Shown: positions 23,734 to 35,817 of the stretch, one piece after another
Position numbering within the stretch: position 1 is the first letter of the stretch
How the letters are laid out: every line of letters starts with the position of its first letter
Source of the DNA: Scenedesmus sp. PABB004
Taxonomy: Eukaryota
Assembly: GCA_014905635.1 (NCBI GenBank)
Contig: JABVCE010000008.1
Span: forward strand, 868,001-932,000
Reading direction: 5' to 3'
DNA length: 64,000 bases
Notes under the pieces: model-generated
Databases searched by the model: none
What the model was told of the DNA's origin: nothing
The model's input: the letters and a program-made list of their open reading frames with translations, nothing else
Program-made: the position numbers and the translations under genes

Positions 23734-26700
23734 TCACACGCCGCCATAGGCCCAGTCGTCGCCCCAGTCGGCATCCTCGTCGTCGCGCGCCTCCTGCAGC
23801 CGCTTCTCGGCCTCGGCCGCCTTGCGCGCGCGCGCCGCCTCGCGGCTCTCGCCGGCCGGGCGCGGCGCCGCAGGCTCCTCGTCGTCGTCCGACTCGCTCT
23901 CGCTGCTGCTATCCAGGGGCGTGTTGGTGCCGCTGGGGCTCGTCATGCCCAGCGCCTCGCGCAGCGCGGTGAAGCCTGCGCACGCGGCGCGGCCGCGCGC
24001 GCTGAGGCGCTACGCGCAGCGCGCTGAGGCGCTGCGCGCAGCGCGCCGAGTCCGCTGAGCCCCCGCGCCGAGCCCCCGCGCTGAGCCCCCGCGCGCCGCA
24101 GCCAGCTCACCGACGATGGAGCGGTACATGCGCCACAGCGCGGCGCAGTAGCGCGCGTCCGCCGCGCTCGGCCACTCCCCGGCGGCGATGCTGCCGACGT
24201 CGAGCAGCCGCTCCGTCGCCGCCTCCCAGCTCAGCTTGCTGCGGCGCGGTGCGTGGCGCGGCGTGCGGCGCGTGGGCGCGCGGCTGGTCGCGCAGACGCA
24301 GACGCGCCCCGCCCCGCCAGCCGGCCGCCGCGCCCCTCCCCTCCGCGCCGCCTCCCTCCCCGCGCCGCGCCGTGAGCCCTAAACCCCGCGCGTGCGCACG
24401 TGAGCTCGGCGTCGGTCATGGGGGCCGGCTCGTTCAGCAGCGCGCGGTCGACCGCCGAGACAAAGCCCGCGGCGTCGGCGTAGACGAGGCAGTTTGAAAA
24501 CTGCTTGAAAAAGGCGTTGCAGGCGATGTCGGGCACGACCGCCCACTTGCCCATCGCGAGCGCCTCGGCCGTCGTCGTCGCGACGACGTCGCTCGTGCTG
24601 GGGTTTAGGAACACCTGCCGCGGCAGTGCAGTGCGGCGCGGCGGCGGCGTGGGCCGACGCGGCGCGGCGGCGGCCCGCGGCGGCGCCAGCAGGGCCCGCC
24701 GCCGCAGCGTGCGCTCACAGCCCGAGGAAGCCCTGATCCCTCCCACCCCTCCCGGCCCATCCCGGCCCGTCTCGGCTCCTCCCAAGCTCCTGCCGAGCCC
24801 CTGCCGAGCCCCTCCGCTCGTCCCCACCCCACGCACGCACCTGGTAGTCATGCATGCTCGGGTCGGCGTGGTCCTTGGCGCCCAGCCAGCGCCACGCGAG
24901 GCCGCGCGCCGCCGCGCCGGCCTGGATCGCGGCGAGGTCCTCGCCCGCGCCCACGACGTCGAGCACGAGCGGGTCGGGCCGCGCCTGCACGCAGCGCGGC
25001 GGCGGTGTCACAGCGCGGCGGCGGCGGCGGCGGCGGCGGCGGGTCTCGGCCTCGCGGCACGCGGGGCCCGCCCCGCTCGGCGCGCCGCCGCGCCCGGGGC
25101 GTGCGGGCGAGCGAGCGCCCCGGCGGCGGCGCGTGCGCGCGTGGCGCTCGCCTCGTTGTACTCGGCCCCCAGGGCCAGCAGCTCGCGGTAGCCCTTGCCC
25201 CACACGGCCTTGCCGATGAAGTACGCGCCCTGCGGGGCGTGGTGTGGTGTGGTGTCATGTGATGTGATGTGATGTGATGTCATGACATGCACGCGTGAGT
25301 TGGAATAGTGGGCGAGTTGGCCAAGTGTGGGGCGGGGGGAGGGGCAGGCGGGCGGCGCAAGGCGGCGCGCCGGCCCCGGGGCGCCGGCGGACGCGCCGGT
25401 GCGCGCCGCGGCGCGCGCGCCTTTGTGAAGCGGTGCTCGCCCGGCGGCGGCGGCGCCGCCTTGGCGCGGCCGATGGCGAGGAACGACGCGGCGACGCCGT
25501 GGACGTTGCACGTCACCTGCGCGTGGCGCCGCGCGCGGCGCCGGGCGTCACCCGCCGCGGGCGCACGGGCGAATGCACGCGAATGCGCGAACGCGCGCGC
25601 AAGCCAATGCGAATTCGCGAATGCGCGCGTGCTGACCTGGCGCGGCAGCTTCTGCACCGCGTCGCTGAGCTTGATCGCGCGGTGGCAGTGCAGGCGCACG
25701 ACCCAGCGGTTGACGCGGTACACCGCTGCGGCATTGAGGAAGCCGGTCGCCTGGCCCTCCTTTACGTACGACAGGTAGTTGGTGTGCCTGGCGGCGGGGC
25801 GCGCGGGGGCGCGGGGGCGCGGGCGGGCGGGGCGGGCGGGGCGGGCGGGGGCGCGGGCCGGCAGGGCGGTGGTGAGCGGGCTGGGGCGGGCCGGCGCGGC
25901 GGCGCGGGCAGCGGCGGGTGCGGCGGCGTGACCGGGGCGCCGGCGTCGGCCGTGGCGCGCGCACATGATGCCGACGACGTGCGCAAACGCGCGCGACCAG
26001 CGGCTGCTGTGCTGGAACCAGTTGAGGTGCTCCGGCTCCTCCAGGATCGCGACGTCGCGCTGCGCGGCGCCGGCGGGGCGGACGTCATGCTCGAGTGGCC
26101 CAGGCGCCGCGCCGGCCGCGGCGGCAGCGGGCGCCCCGCAGCAAGCGCACCAGCTCCTTGGGGATGAGCCGCACGATGTCCTGCGACGTGCCGACACAAG
26201 GCACAGGTGAAGGCAGGGGGGCGGGGCAGGGGTGTGGGCGCGGCAGGCGGGGCGCAGCCAGCGGCGGCGCGGGCGGCCGCCGCCACGGGCCCCGGTGCAC
26301 TCGCCTGCACCGGGAAGATGGAGCCAAAGCTGGGGAAGTAGCGGCCCTCGTAGAAGATCACACTGAAGTCACACCCCAGGCCGGTGCGCTTGCGCGCCTC
26401 TGCGCCGCGCACGGCGGCGGCGGCGGCGGCGCGCGCGGGCTGGGCTGGGCTGGGCTGGGCGACGGTGGGCACGCGCGTGCACGGCACGGGGCCCGGCGGA
26501 GGCGGCTGCGCGCTGGTCGGCCCCCTGCCTCCCTGCGCGGCGGCGTGCGGCGGCGCACCCTCTAGGATGTACTCAGCCTGCTCAGCGTGGCTGGCAAAGG
26601 TCACGCCCTCTGGGTAGATGAGCGGCTGCTGCTCCAGGCTCACCCACGGCACCACCAGCACCACCTGCGCGCGCCGCGGGCGCACGCGCGGCGGTCGGTG

Positions 26701-27321
26701 CTGCGCCGCAACGCGCCGCTCCGCGCCGCGGGCGGCGGCGGGCGCTGCCGCCTGCTCAGCGCTGCGCGGCGCCGGGTTGGCGCGCGCCTTGCGGTGCGGG
26801 TCGGCCGCCAGGTGCGCCACGCGCAGCATGGGGTTGATGGACGTCCCTGGCGGCACGGTCGTTGCGGGGCGCGCGGGGGGTGTCGGTTGGCGCAGCCGCT
26901 GCCGGCACCGGCGGCAGCGGCGGCGGCACCGGCGGCGGCGGCGGCGCGCGGCGCTGCGGTCTGGCTGCACGCTCAGCCTTCAGGTGCCTGAGTCGGTCCG
27001 CGGGCCTCGGCTGCCCCGGCGCTCGGCACGGCGGCAGCGGCGTCGCCCGCCGCGCCGCTGCTGCGGCGCTGCTGCCGGCGCGTGCGCTGCCCGCCGCGCC
27101 TCACCAGTGCGCCATGGCAGGGCGGCGGTGGTGACCACCACGAAGGTCCGCCCCGGCGCCTTGAGCGAGCTGGGGCCGCGCTCCTGCTTGTGCTTGCGGT
27201 GAAACAGGCCGCTCATCCTGCTGGCTGCGAAGCCTGCCAGCCGCCCCAGGCGCAGCCCGACCTGCCAGGCGAGCGTGCTGATGGACGCCTTGACGAGCGC
27301 CGACCGCAGGCCGCCCAGCAT
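23734..27321 (-). CDS. DGD: Digalactosyldiacylglycerol synthase (GT4), multi-exon
   Basis: VVTTAALPWRTGTSINPMLR, YEGRYFPSFGSIFP, DVAILEEPEHLNW, HTNYLSY, CHRAIKLSDAVQ, CNVHGV, GAYFIGKAVWGKGY, VFLNPSTSDVVATTTAEALAMGK, LSWEAATERLL. Confidence 0.92.
25240..25282. repeat. (TGTGG/TGTGA)n microsatellite in a DGD intron
   Basis: gtggtgtggtgtggtgtcatgtgatgtgatgtgatgtgatgtca. Confidence 0.8.
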
Positions 27322-27774
27322 CGAGTTCCGGCGGCGGCAGCGCGCGCACGGCCGCTAGCTCCGCCCGCGGCTGACTGCGCGCTGAGTGTGCGCGCCCTGG
27401 AGCGGGCGTCGAGGTCCGAGGGCGGCAGGGTCGGAGAAGGCACGGGTTCTGCGGCGCAGGGCCGTCTGTGCGTCTTCACGGGTTTTTGCAGCGCGGGCGC
27501 GTCGCCGCGCCCCGCGCCCGCTCACGCGCGCGCACGCACCCCGCGGCGTCGGCGCCCGCGCGTCGCCCTGCTGAAGCTGGCAGCAGGGGCGGCGGCGGGC
27601 GCGCCGCGCGCGCGCACCACCACTAGTCCTGCGGAGCCAACCGCCCACCGCGCTGGGCGGCCCCAACAGTCGGGTCAAGCGCCGCCGTCGTCGGCGCCGT
27701 CAGCACGTGTCACCCCGCTTCTCCCCCCCTCCCTCGCCCTCCCCTCCCCAGCCCGCAGCCGGCTGCGGCGCGCC

Positions 27775-28649
27775 TCAGAACGAGGCCACGCCGTAGACGG
27801 GGCCGCGGATGCGCCGCGCGAGCTGCAGGTCCTTGGGCATGATGGTCACGCGCTTTGCGTGGATGGCGCAGAGGTTGCAGTCCTCAAACAAGTGCACCAC
27901 AAAGTCCTCGGTGGCCTGCCGCGGCAGGCGCGGTGCGGCGCGGCGCGGCGCGGGCGCGCGCGTGGGCGCCGGCTGCACGGTGCGCGCGCGTGCGCCCGCG
28001 CGCCGCTTCGCCGCGCGCGTCCGCACCTCCTGCAGCGCCATGAGCGCGTCTGCGGTCCACCGGAAGGGCTCGGGCGCGACCTGGTTGCCGATCTCCCGCA
28101 CCTGCGCGGGGCGCGGGGCGCTCACGCGGAGCGCCGGCGCTGCCGCCGCCGCTGCCGCGACCGCGCCGCGCCCGGCCGCCGCGGCGGCGGCCGCGCCGCA
28201 CCAGGCGCGCGAACGGCAGCTTGCGGATGAGCAGCTCGGTGCTTTTCTGGTACTTTCTGATCTCCTGCAGCGCGCGCGTGCCCGGCCGGTAGCGCTTCTT
28301 CTCTGCGCGGCGGCACGGCGCAGCAGGGGGGCGTGCAGCGGTTGGCCCGCCGCCGCCGCCGCCGCCGCAGCAGCAGCAGCGCGCCTCTCGCCCGGCGCCG
28401 CCACTCACTGCGCTCCGTGTGCGCCACGCCGGGCCCCGCGCGGCGCTGGCCGCCGGGCGTGCCGGCCGGCGAGCGCGCGCCCGCCGCCGGCGCCGCGGCG
28501 CGCCCGCGCTGCGGCGTGCCCGCCGGCCTGCCCTTGGCCGCCGGCTGCGGGGCGGGCAGCGGTGTCAGTCAGAGGACGGTCGCCCGGGGACCGGACGCAG
28601 TTGCAGCAGGGCCCCCACGCACGCTGGGCTTTGCCTTCGTCCGCGCCAT
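27775..28649 (-). CDS. CENH3: Centromeric histone H3 variant, intron-containing
   Basis: MARTKAKPS start followed by a divergent tail; [85 protein letters not shown]. Extended loop 1 and RWT in place of canonical RFQ are CENH3 features. Confidence 0.85.
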
Positions 28650-29254
28650 TCGCCCCTACTGCTGCTCCCCCTCCGCTGCGCCGCGGGCGCCGGGCGCAGC
28701 GCCTACTGCCGGCTCAGCGCCTCCTCGTCACGAGCTGGCGCCGGGCATCGGTCCAGAGGCGCGCGGCGCTCGCGCTGGCGGGCTGCTGTGCGATGGCAAC
28801 AACGGAACAGCGAGCGGCGCGGGCGGCGCTGACAGCGGTGTCCACGCGAGAGCGAGCGTCCTGTGGGCGCCGCTGCAGCGGGCGCGGGGCGTGGGACGGT
28901 GCCGCCGGGGCGGCGGCAGCTTAAATCGCGGCGAACGGTCGCGCCGCCCCGGCGCGTCGATCCACCGCCCGCCACATCACGCGCCGGTCACAACGACCGA
29001 TCACCGCACACCGCCTGCTCCGCGGCGCCCCCACGGCCGGCCCGCCGCCGCCAGTGCGCCCGCGCCCCGCGCGCGCCGCGCCTGCGCCGCTGCCGCGGCC
29101 CATGCGCGCAGCGGCCCTGTGCGCGCCAGCTGCAGCAGCCGCAGCCTCCTGCGCGCACGCCGCCTCCCGCGCCCGCCGCCGCTGCGCGCCGTGGGCGGCC
29201 CCGCTGCTGCGCGGCGCGGCGCGCGCGCCGCTGCCGCGCGCGCGGGCGGCAGCG

Positions 29255-30776
29255 ATGGACGCGGCTGTGGCGGCGGCGACCGCGGCGCCGGCGTCGGGGC
29301 ACGCCGGCGCGCTCCTGGCGACGTGCGCGCTGATGTTCGCCGCGGCGTGGGGCTGCGGCGCGCTGCCGTCGTGGGCGCCGCTGCCGGAGGGGCGCCTCGC
29401 CGCGGTCAACGCGCTCGGCGCGGGCCTGCTGGTCGGCAGCGGCCTCGGGATCATCCTGCCAGAGGGCTTTGAGGCGGCGGCGGGCGCCGCGCTGCCCGAG
29501 TGGGCGGCGGCGGCGGCGCTGTGCGCGGGGTTCTGGGCGATGCTGGCGCTCGACGGCGCGGCGCACCTGCTCCCGGCGCCCCCCGCTGCCGCCGCGTCCG
29601 CCGCTGGCCCGGGCGGCGACGCAAGCGGCGGCTGGGCGAGCGACGACGGGCACGGCGACGAGGAGACCGCGGTGCTGCTCGCAGACCTGCACCCGCACCA
29701 CCAGCAGCTCCGCGGCGGCGGCGACGGCGGCGGCGGCCGGCCGGGCACGCCCAGGGCTGCGCCGGGCACGCCGCGCGGCGGCGCGCTGCCGCGCCCCGGC
29801 TCGGCGGCGGGCGCGGCGCTCGCGGCGGCCGGCGACGCGGCGCGCAAGGCCGCCGGCGCCGGCGCGTGCAGCAGCAGCAACCTGCGGCTGCAGTCGCAGC
29901 CGCAGCTCGAGGGCGGCGGCCCTGCGGCGCCGGGGCCCGGCCGGCAGTGCGCCGCCGAGGCCGGCAGCGGCGGCGGCGGCGGGCTGCTGCAGCTCGGCGG
30001 TTGGCTGCGCGAGCCCAGCCAGCAGGCGCTGCTGGGCCTGTGCGTGCACGCAGGTGCGTTGGGGGACAGGCGTGGGGGCCCGTCCGGATGCTGCACCTGG
30101 CCAGGCTTGCCGCGCCCGGCGCCCGGCGCACGCCCAACTGCGGCGCACCCGGCCGCCGCCGCCCCGGCAGCCTCAGACGGGCTGGCTGTCGGCGCGGCCA
30201 GCCTGGCTGCGGACCCTGCAGTCAGCGTCGGCGTGGCGGCGGCCATGATTGTCCACAAAGGGCCCGTGGCTGTGGGCCTCGTGAGCTGCCTGCGCGCCGC
30301 GCGCTGGACGCCGGCGGCGGTGCACAGGGGTGCGCGCGCGCGCGCGTGCTGTCGGCGCCCGCCGCGCGCCGCGCCGCGCCGCGCCGCGCCGCGCCGCGCA
30401 GCGACCAGCCTCGCACGCCGCGGCGCGCCGCCCCGCAGGCCTGCTGCTGTTCTCGGCGGCCTCGCCTGCGGCGGCGCTGCTGACGTTTTGGCTGCTGTCA
30501 GCGTTGCCGAGCCTCGCGGGCGGCGGCGGGGGCAGCGCGCTTGCCGTGCTGTTTTCAGGTGGCACTGTACTTTACGCTGCCACCATGCACATCCTGCCCA
30601 GCGCGCTGGGCGGCGGCACGCTGGGCGGCTCGGCACAGCACCAGTGCGGCCGCGGGGCGGGCGGCGGCAAGGCCGGCGGCGACGGGGCCGGCGCGCGCAA
30701 GGCCGCGCTGGGCGCGGTGTCGCTGGGCATGGCGGCGCCGGTGCTGCTGTCGGCGCTGTTTCAGCACGAGCATTGA
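29255..30776 (+). CDS. ZIP-family zinc transporter (ZIP9-like), multi-exon
   Basis: LGAGLLVGSGLGIILPEG, LGLCVHA/ASDGLAVGA, AMIVHKGPVAVGL, LFSGGTVLYAATMHILP. Confidence 0.88.
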
Positions 30777-30829
30777 ACGATCGGCTGCACAGCCATCTTG
30801 GTTGCAACCCTGCCGCCAACTGACCTGCG

Positions 30830-33800
30830 CACTCGCGCGCGCACCACCGCCCTCCGGCCGCGCGCGCCGTCAGCCACCGACCGCGTGCTGCAGCAGCTCG
30901 CGCAGCACCTGCTGGATGCGCGGCGTGTTGCGGCGCGCCACCCAGTTGCGCAGCTTGAGGTAGTTGAGCTCAAAGCGCGCCAGCCGGCCGCCCGGGTTGG
31001 CGCCGGCCGCCGCCTGCCCGGCCAGTCTGCGCAGGGCCTCCATGGCCGCCTCCAGCTGCTCCAGCTGCTCGTCCGGCGCGGCCAGGCAGTCCATGTCCAC
31101 GAGGCCCCACAGCGCCGACTCCGCCGCCTCCAGCCCGGCATACGCTGGCAGCGCAAAGCCAGGCGGCAGCGGGCAGTCATCGCGCGCTGCCTGCGGGCCG
31201 CTGCAGCCGGGGGCGCCACGGCTGCAGGTGCGCTGGCCTGGGCCGCCGGCGAGCCCGCGGGCTGGGGCTGCGTCGCCGGGCTGCTCTGGTGGTGGGCGCC
31301 CGTGACCAGGGCGGCCGCCGCGCCGCCACTGCGCGCGACTGCTGGTGCTGGCCGCTGCACTGCCGCCGGCTGCTTGGCCACGGCCAGCGCCGCTGCAGCG
31401 GCTGCGGGCGCCACCTCAGCAGGCACGTGCCCGGCGACGATGGCCCGCAGCAGCTGGATGGTCGCGCGGCGCGCCTCGCCAGCCGGCGCGCCGTGCTGCA
31501 GCGTGGCCAGCGCCTGCCGCCAGTCGCTGGTGCCCAGGTCCTGCAGCGTGGGCAGGGCGGCCGGTCAGTCAGCGCTCGGCTGCTCAGCAGCAGGCCAGGC
31601 TGCCCGCTGCGTCGGCGCCATATAAGGAGCCGCACCTTGGCCAGAAAGCGCTCGCCCCCCGCCAGCACAGGCGGCGGCAGCTGCGGCTGGACGCGGCCCG
31701 CCGCCGCAAGGTGCAGCGTGATGTCGGCGCCGTTGCTAGACATGGCCGTCACCTTGTGGCCCAGGTACGCCGCCAGCCCGGCGGCGTGCAGGCCGGACAG
31801 GTGGTACCGCATCTGACCGCGCGGCCGCCGCGTGCTCGGCTGCGCGTGCCTTGGCGAAATCGTCACCATCGGCGCGACGCCGCCTGCGGGGCAGGGGTTG
31901 CGAGCAGGGTTCGCGGTGAGCGCCTGCCTGCACGGCACACGCTGCCCGCTCGCCGCACCTGGCAGCGCCACCGGCGCGCCGTCCACCTCCAGCCGCATCG
32001 GCAGCTCCAGCGGCTGCACCAGCTCGCCAAACTGGGAGTGCACCAGCGCGCCACGCACCGGCAGACCACTGACAAGGGTGGTCATGGTCAGCATCTGGCT
32101 CTGTGGCATGCAGAGGCAGCAACAGCTCGTCAGCGGCAGCGCTCCTGGCCAGCAGCAGGCAGCCAGCAGCAGGCAGCCAGCAGCAGGCAGCCAGCAGCAG
32201 GCAGCCAGCACCCAGCCGCTCACCGTGGCCACGGACGTCACCGCGCGGGACGGCGCGCCGCCCGCACCGCCACTGAGCCCCACGCCGGCCGGCTCCATCT
32301 CGCCGTCTTCCGCCTCGTCACTGCCGCCCTCGTCGTCGCGGCCGCCCTCACTGGCGGCGCAGCGGGGCAGGAATGAAGCTTGCAGTGCTGAGGCTGAGGC
32401 TGAGGCTGGTTGGCCGGCGACCGCGGCGCGCCACCGCCCCGCTGCCCGCGCCGCGCGGCGCCGCGCCGCCGTCGCTGGGTTGTCCCTTGGCTCGCTGGCC
32501 ATGCTGGCACTCTGCTTGTCCTCTGTCGCCCAGCGCCGCGGCTTGCGCTGCCGCTGCGACCGCCGCAGCAGCCCCTCCTCAGGCGCCGCCTCGCTGTCCC
32601 GCTGCTGCGCCACCACAGGCGGCTCTGCCTCGTCGTCGTCTGGCTCCTCGCTGCCGCCCTCGTCGTCGCGGCCGCCATCACTGGCGCTGGCACTCTGCTC
32701 GTCCCCTGTCGCCCAGCGCCGCGGCTTGCGCTGCCGCTGCGACCGCCGCAGCAGCCCCTCCTCAGGCACCGCCTCGCTGTCCCGCTGCTGAGCCACCACA
32801 GGCGGCGGCGGCGGCGGCTCTGCCACTGAGCCCGGCAGGGGCGGCGGCCGGCAGCGGTCCACGTCCGCCTGGCTGCAGCTGCCCCGGCGCACGAGCTTGC
32901 TGAGCGCCCTCATCTGCCGGTCGAGCGTGGCCAGCTGCCCCGCCGTGAACGCGCCGCCGCCCCGGCCACCGCCGTGCAGCGCCGCTGACTCGAGCGGCTG
33001 CGCTGTGGCTGCGCCGGCTGCCGCGGCAGCAGCCGCCGCGGGCGAAGCGCCGACGTGCCAGCCGCCTGTGCGCGGCGCGGCGAGGCTGCGGCTGCCGCTG
33101 TCGCTGCTCGCCCTGCGCAGCGCCGGGGCCAGCGGCGGCGTGCTCAGCGCTGGCGGCAGGCGCGGCTGCGCCCACAGTCCCTGCTGCTCCAGCACGCCTT
33201 CTTCAGACGTGCCTTCAGCCGCAGCAGCGAGCGCCGCTGCCGCGAGGCCGCCGTCGAGCCTGTCGCCCGCTGCGCTGCTGCCGGCGGCGGCGCGCCAGCG
33301 CTTGGCGGCCGGGCTGCCGCCGCTGCCGGTGGTGTCGCAGCCAGCCTCGCCGCCATGCGCCAGCGGGCGCTTGGCCGGCGCCGGGCCGCCCGACGGCACG
33401 CAGGTCAGGCCGCCGCCAGCCTCCACTGTGCGCGCGTCGCCGCCACTGAGCTGCTGCGGCGCCGGCGACTCGTCCTGCATCACCGCCACGCTCGCCAGCG
33501 CGGCCTCCCAGGCGCCCTGCGCCCACGTGGCCGGCGCGCCGCCCCGCTCCTGCGCCGCGCTGCCGTCGGCAGCCGTCCCGGCGCCGGGGGCCGCCAGGCG
33601 CTGGCGGAGGAGAGCTGGGAAGTCCGGAGCCTCGGCCATGGCGTCGCTGGGCCGGGCCTCGGCGCGCCGACGAGCCGGCGGGATGCTGGCGCCCGCCGCT
33701 GCTGCTGCGGCGCCGGGCGCCCCGCCGGCGGGGCTGGGCGCCCTGGATCGGGCCCGAGAGCGCTCGTCTGGGCGCGCTCTGACGCGTGGGGTGGTGCGCG

Positions 33801-34372
33801 GGCTGGTGCGTCGGCGGCTGCGGGCAGCGCGGCGTGCGGGGCGCAGCAGCAGCGGCGGCCGCTCGCGCGCGGCGCCGGCCGGCCGCCCGTCAGCGCGGCT
33901 GTGGTGAGGACCGGCCTGGGACTGCACACGCCACGCCGGGGCACACCGAAAAGGGTCCGGCACGCGGGCGCGAGCGCGGGCGGGGTTCAGGGGCGCGGCG
34001 ACGGGCCAACAGCGCGGCACCAAGCAGGTGCCCAACACCTGCCGCAGCGTGCCCAGCGACACACCAAGCAACGGCAAAACGACACAGGACCCGCACGCAA
34101 CTGCGCCGCGCGCGCGAGCACCCACCACCACCGACCGCTCCGGCCGCGCGCGCCGTCAGCCGCCGCCCGCGTGCTGCAGCAGCTCGCGCAGCACCTGGAC
34201 GCGCGGCGTGCTGCGGCGCGCGCCACCCAGTTGCGCAGCTTGCGGTAGTTGAGCTCAAAGCGCGCCAGCCAGCCGCCCGGGTCGGCGCCGGCCGCCGCCT
34301 GCCCGGCCAGCCCGCGCAGGGCCTCCATGGCCGCCTCCAGCTGCTCCTGCTGCTCGTCCGGCGCGGCCAGGC
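30830..34372 (-). repeat. Orphan family copy A (upstream 3'-end remnant, spacer, gene 33639-30870)
   Basis: Inverted homologue of 57778-61614. The C-terminal coding segment (LAAPDEQ..NTPRIQQVLRELLQHA) occurs at both ends (~30870-31090 and ~34155-34372). Confidence 0.9.
30870..33639 (-). pseudogene. Orphan QLQ-like/B3-like gene, copy A; lacks the second B3-like repeat, C-terminus apparently frameshifted
   Basis: Starts MAEAPDFPALLRQRL. Relative to copy B it has a ~630-bp deletion at ~31540, a frame break near 31195, and an internal 180-bp duplication (PPVVAQQRDSEA..RRSQRQRKPRRWAT twice). Confidence 0.6.
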
Positions 34373-34433
34373 ACTCCGCGCGCGCCAGGCGCCGCAGCGC
34401 CGGCGCTGCCGCTCCTCGCTCGCTCGCCCGCCG

Positions 34434-35482
34434 CTAGCTGTTGCGGGCGTAGTCCTCCAGGATCTTGACCAGGTCGCTCACGCACATGCTGGGCATCACG
34501 TCAAACAGCGACACCTGTGACGCCGCGCGCGCGCGGCGCCAGGCGCGGCGGCAGCCGCACGGGTGGGCGCGGCCCGAGGAGGTGCACGGCCCCACGCGCC
34601 CGCGCCGCTGGCAGCCAGCCGGCCGAGCTCCGCCCAGCGGGCGCACCCGCGTCTTGCCGGCGCCGAGCTCCACCGGAATCTTCTTGAGCACTGCTGCCAC
34701 GTCGCTCTCGCGCAGCCCGCCGCGCCCGCCCGCGGCGGCCTGCGCGGCTGGCGCGGCGGCGCCGCGGTGGGCGCGGCGAGCGCGGCGCCGCCCGGCGCGC
34801 GCGGCCTGCACGCTCGCGCGCGCGCACACACCTCGGGCCCCAGCTGCGTCGCGAGCGCCTGGCTCATCTTGAGCCCCGGCACCGCCGACATGTCCCGCAG
34901 GAACAGGTGCCAGCCGGCGATGTCGACATACACGTCCCGCCCTGCCGGGGCACACGCGCGCGCGCGCCGAGCGAGCGGCAGGTCAGCCGGGCGGGTGGGC
35001 GCGCATGCCTGCCGCAGCAGCTGCTGCTGCGGGCGGCGGCGCCGCCGGCGCACCGATCTTGAATGCCAGCTCCTCGTAGGGGCTCTTGTTCTTGCTGCCC
35101 TCGCTCGCGACCAGCTTGGCCAGGTCCAGCCAGCCCTCCACGACTGCGGGCAGCAGCGGCGCCGCGCTCAGCGAGGCCGGCGCCCGCACGGCGCCCGGTC
35201 CGCGCTGCGCGGCCGGCCGCGCACCGTCCTTGCCGATGCCCCGAGCCAGCGGCGCCCGTCGCAGGCGGTGCACCGGCAGCGGCTGCACGCGCGGCAGGAC
35301 AGCGCCTGCGCGGGCGGCAAGCAGCGGCGTGCGGCGGGCGCGCTTGGTGCCGTCGGTCCTCGAGCCCACCTGAGCGCGCTCGCTGAGCGCGCTGCGTGCG
35401 CCCGGCCGCCCCAACACGCACTGCTGGGCTGCCTGGCGCCCGCCCTGGCGCGGCAGGCGCCGCTCTGCGCCGCCGCCGCCAT
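34434..35482 (-). CDS. DUF3181-family protein, copy 2 (likely the parental locus); start uncertain
   Basis: Same exons as 15274-16322 (GKTR instead of GKTL); head-to-head with the intact GIY-YIG-like gene. Confidence 0.75.
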
Positions 35483-35817
35483 CGCCGCCGTCCGTCCCGA
35501 TCAGCAGCAGTCCCGGCGTGGCTGGCGCGTGGGGATGCTTCGCGGCTGGAGGGTGGATGACGGCGATACCGCTGGCGACGGCAGGTGGAGCGAGTGTGCG
35601 ACGCCAGCTGCGCGGCGCGGCAAAAAGCGCCGAACCGCAGGCTGGGTTGAAGGGCCCCGCGCGCCACGGTGATCCTGCCACTGCTGCCGCGCGCTCTCGC
35701 ATTGCACCGCGCATTGGACGCCGCCGCTGCGACCGCGACGCCGGCCGCCGCCGCCGCCGGAGGAGATCCGCTTTTGCTCAACGAAACAGTCGGAGGCGCC
35801 TCCCATTGACGCGCGAC

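Noticed and set aside
4957..27321. Glycerolipid gene cluster (PDAT and DGD)
   Set aside because: 14 kb apart with unrelated genes between them.
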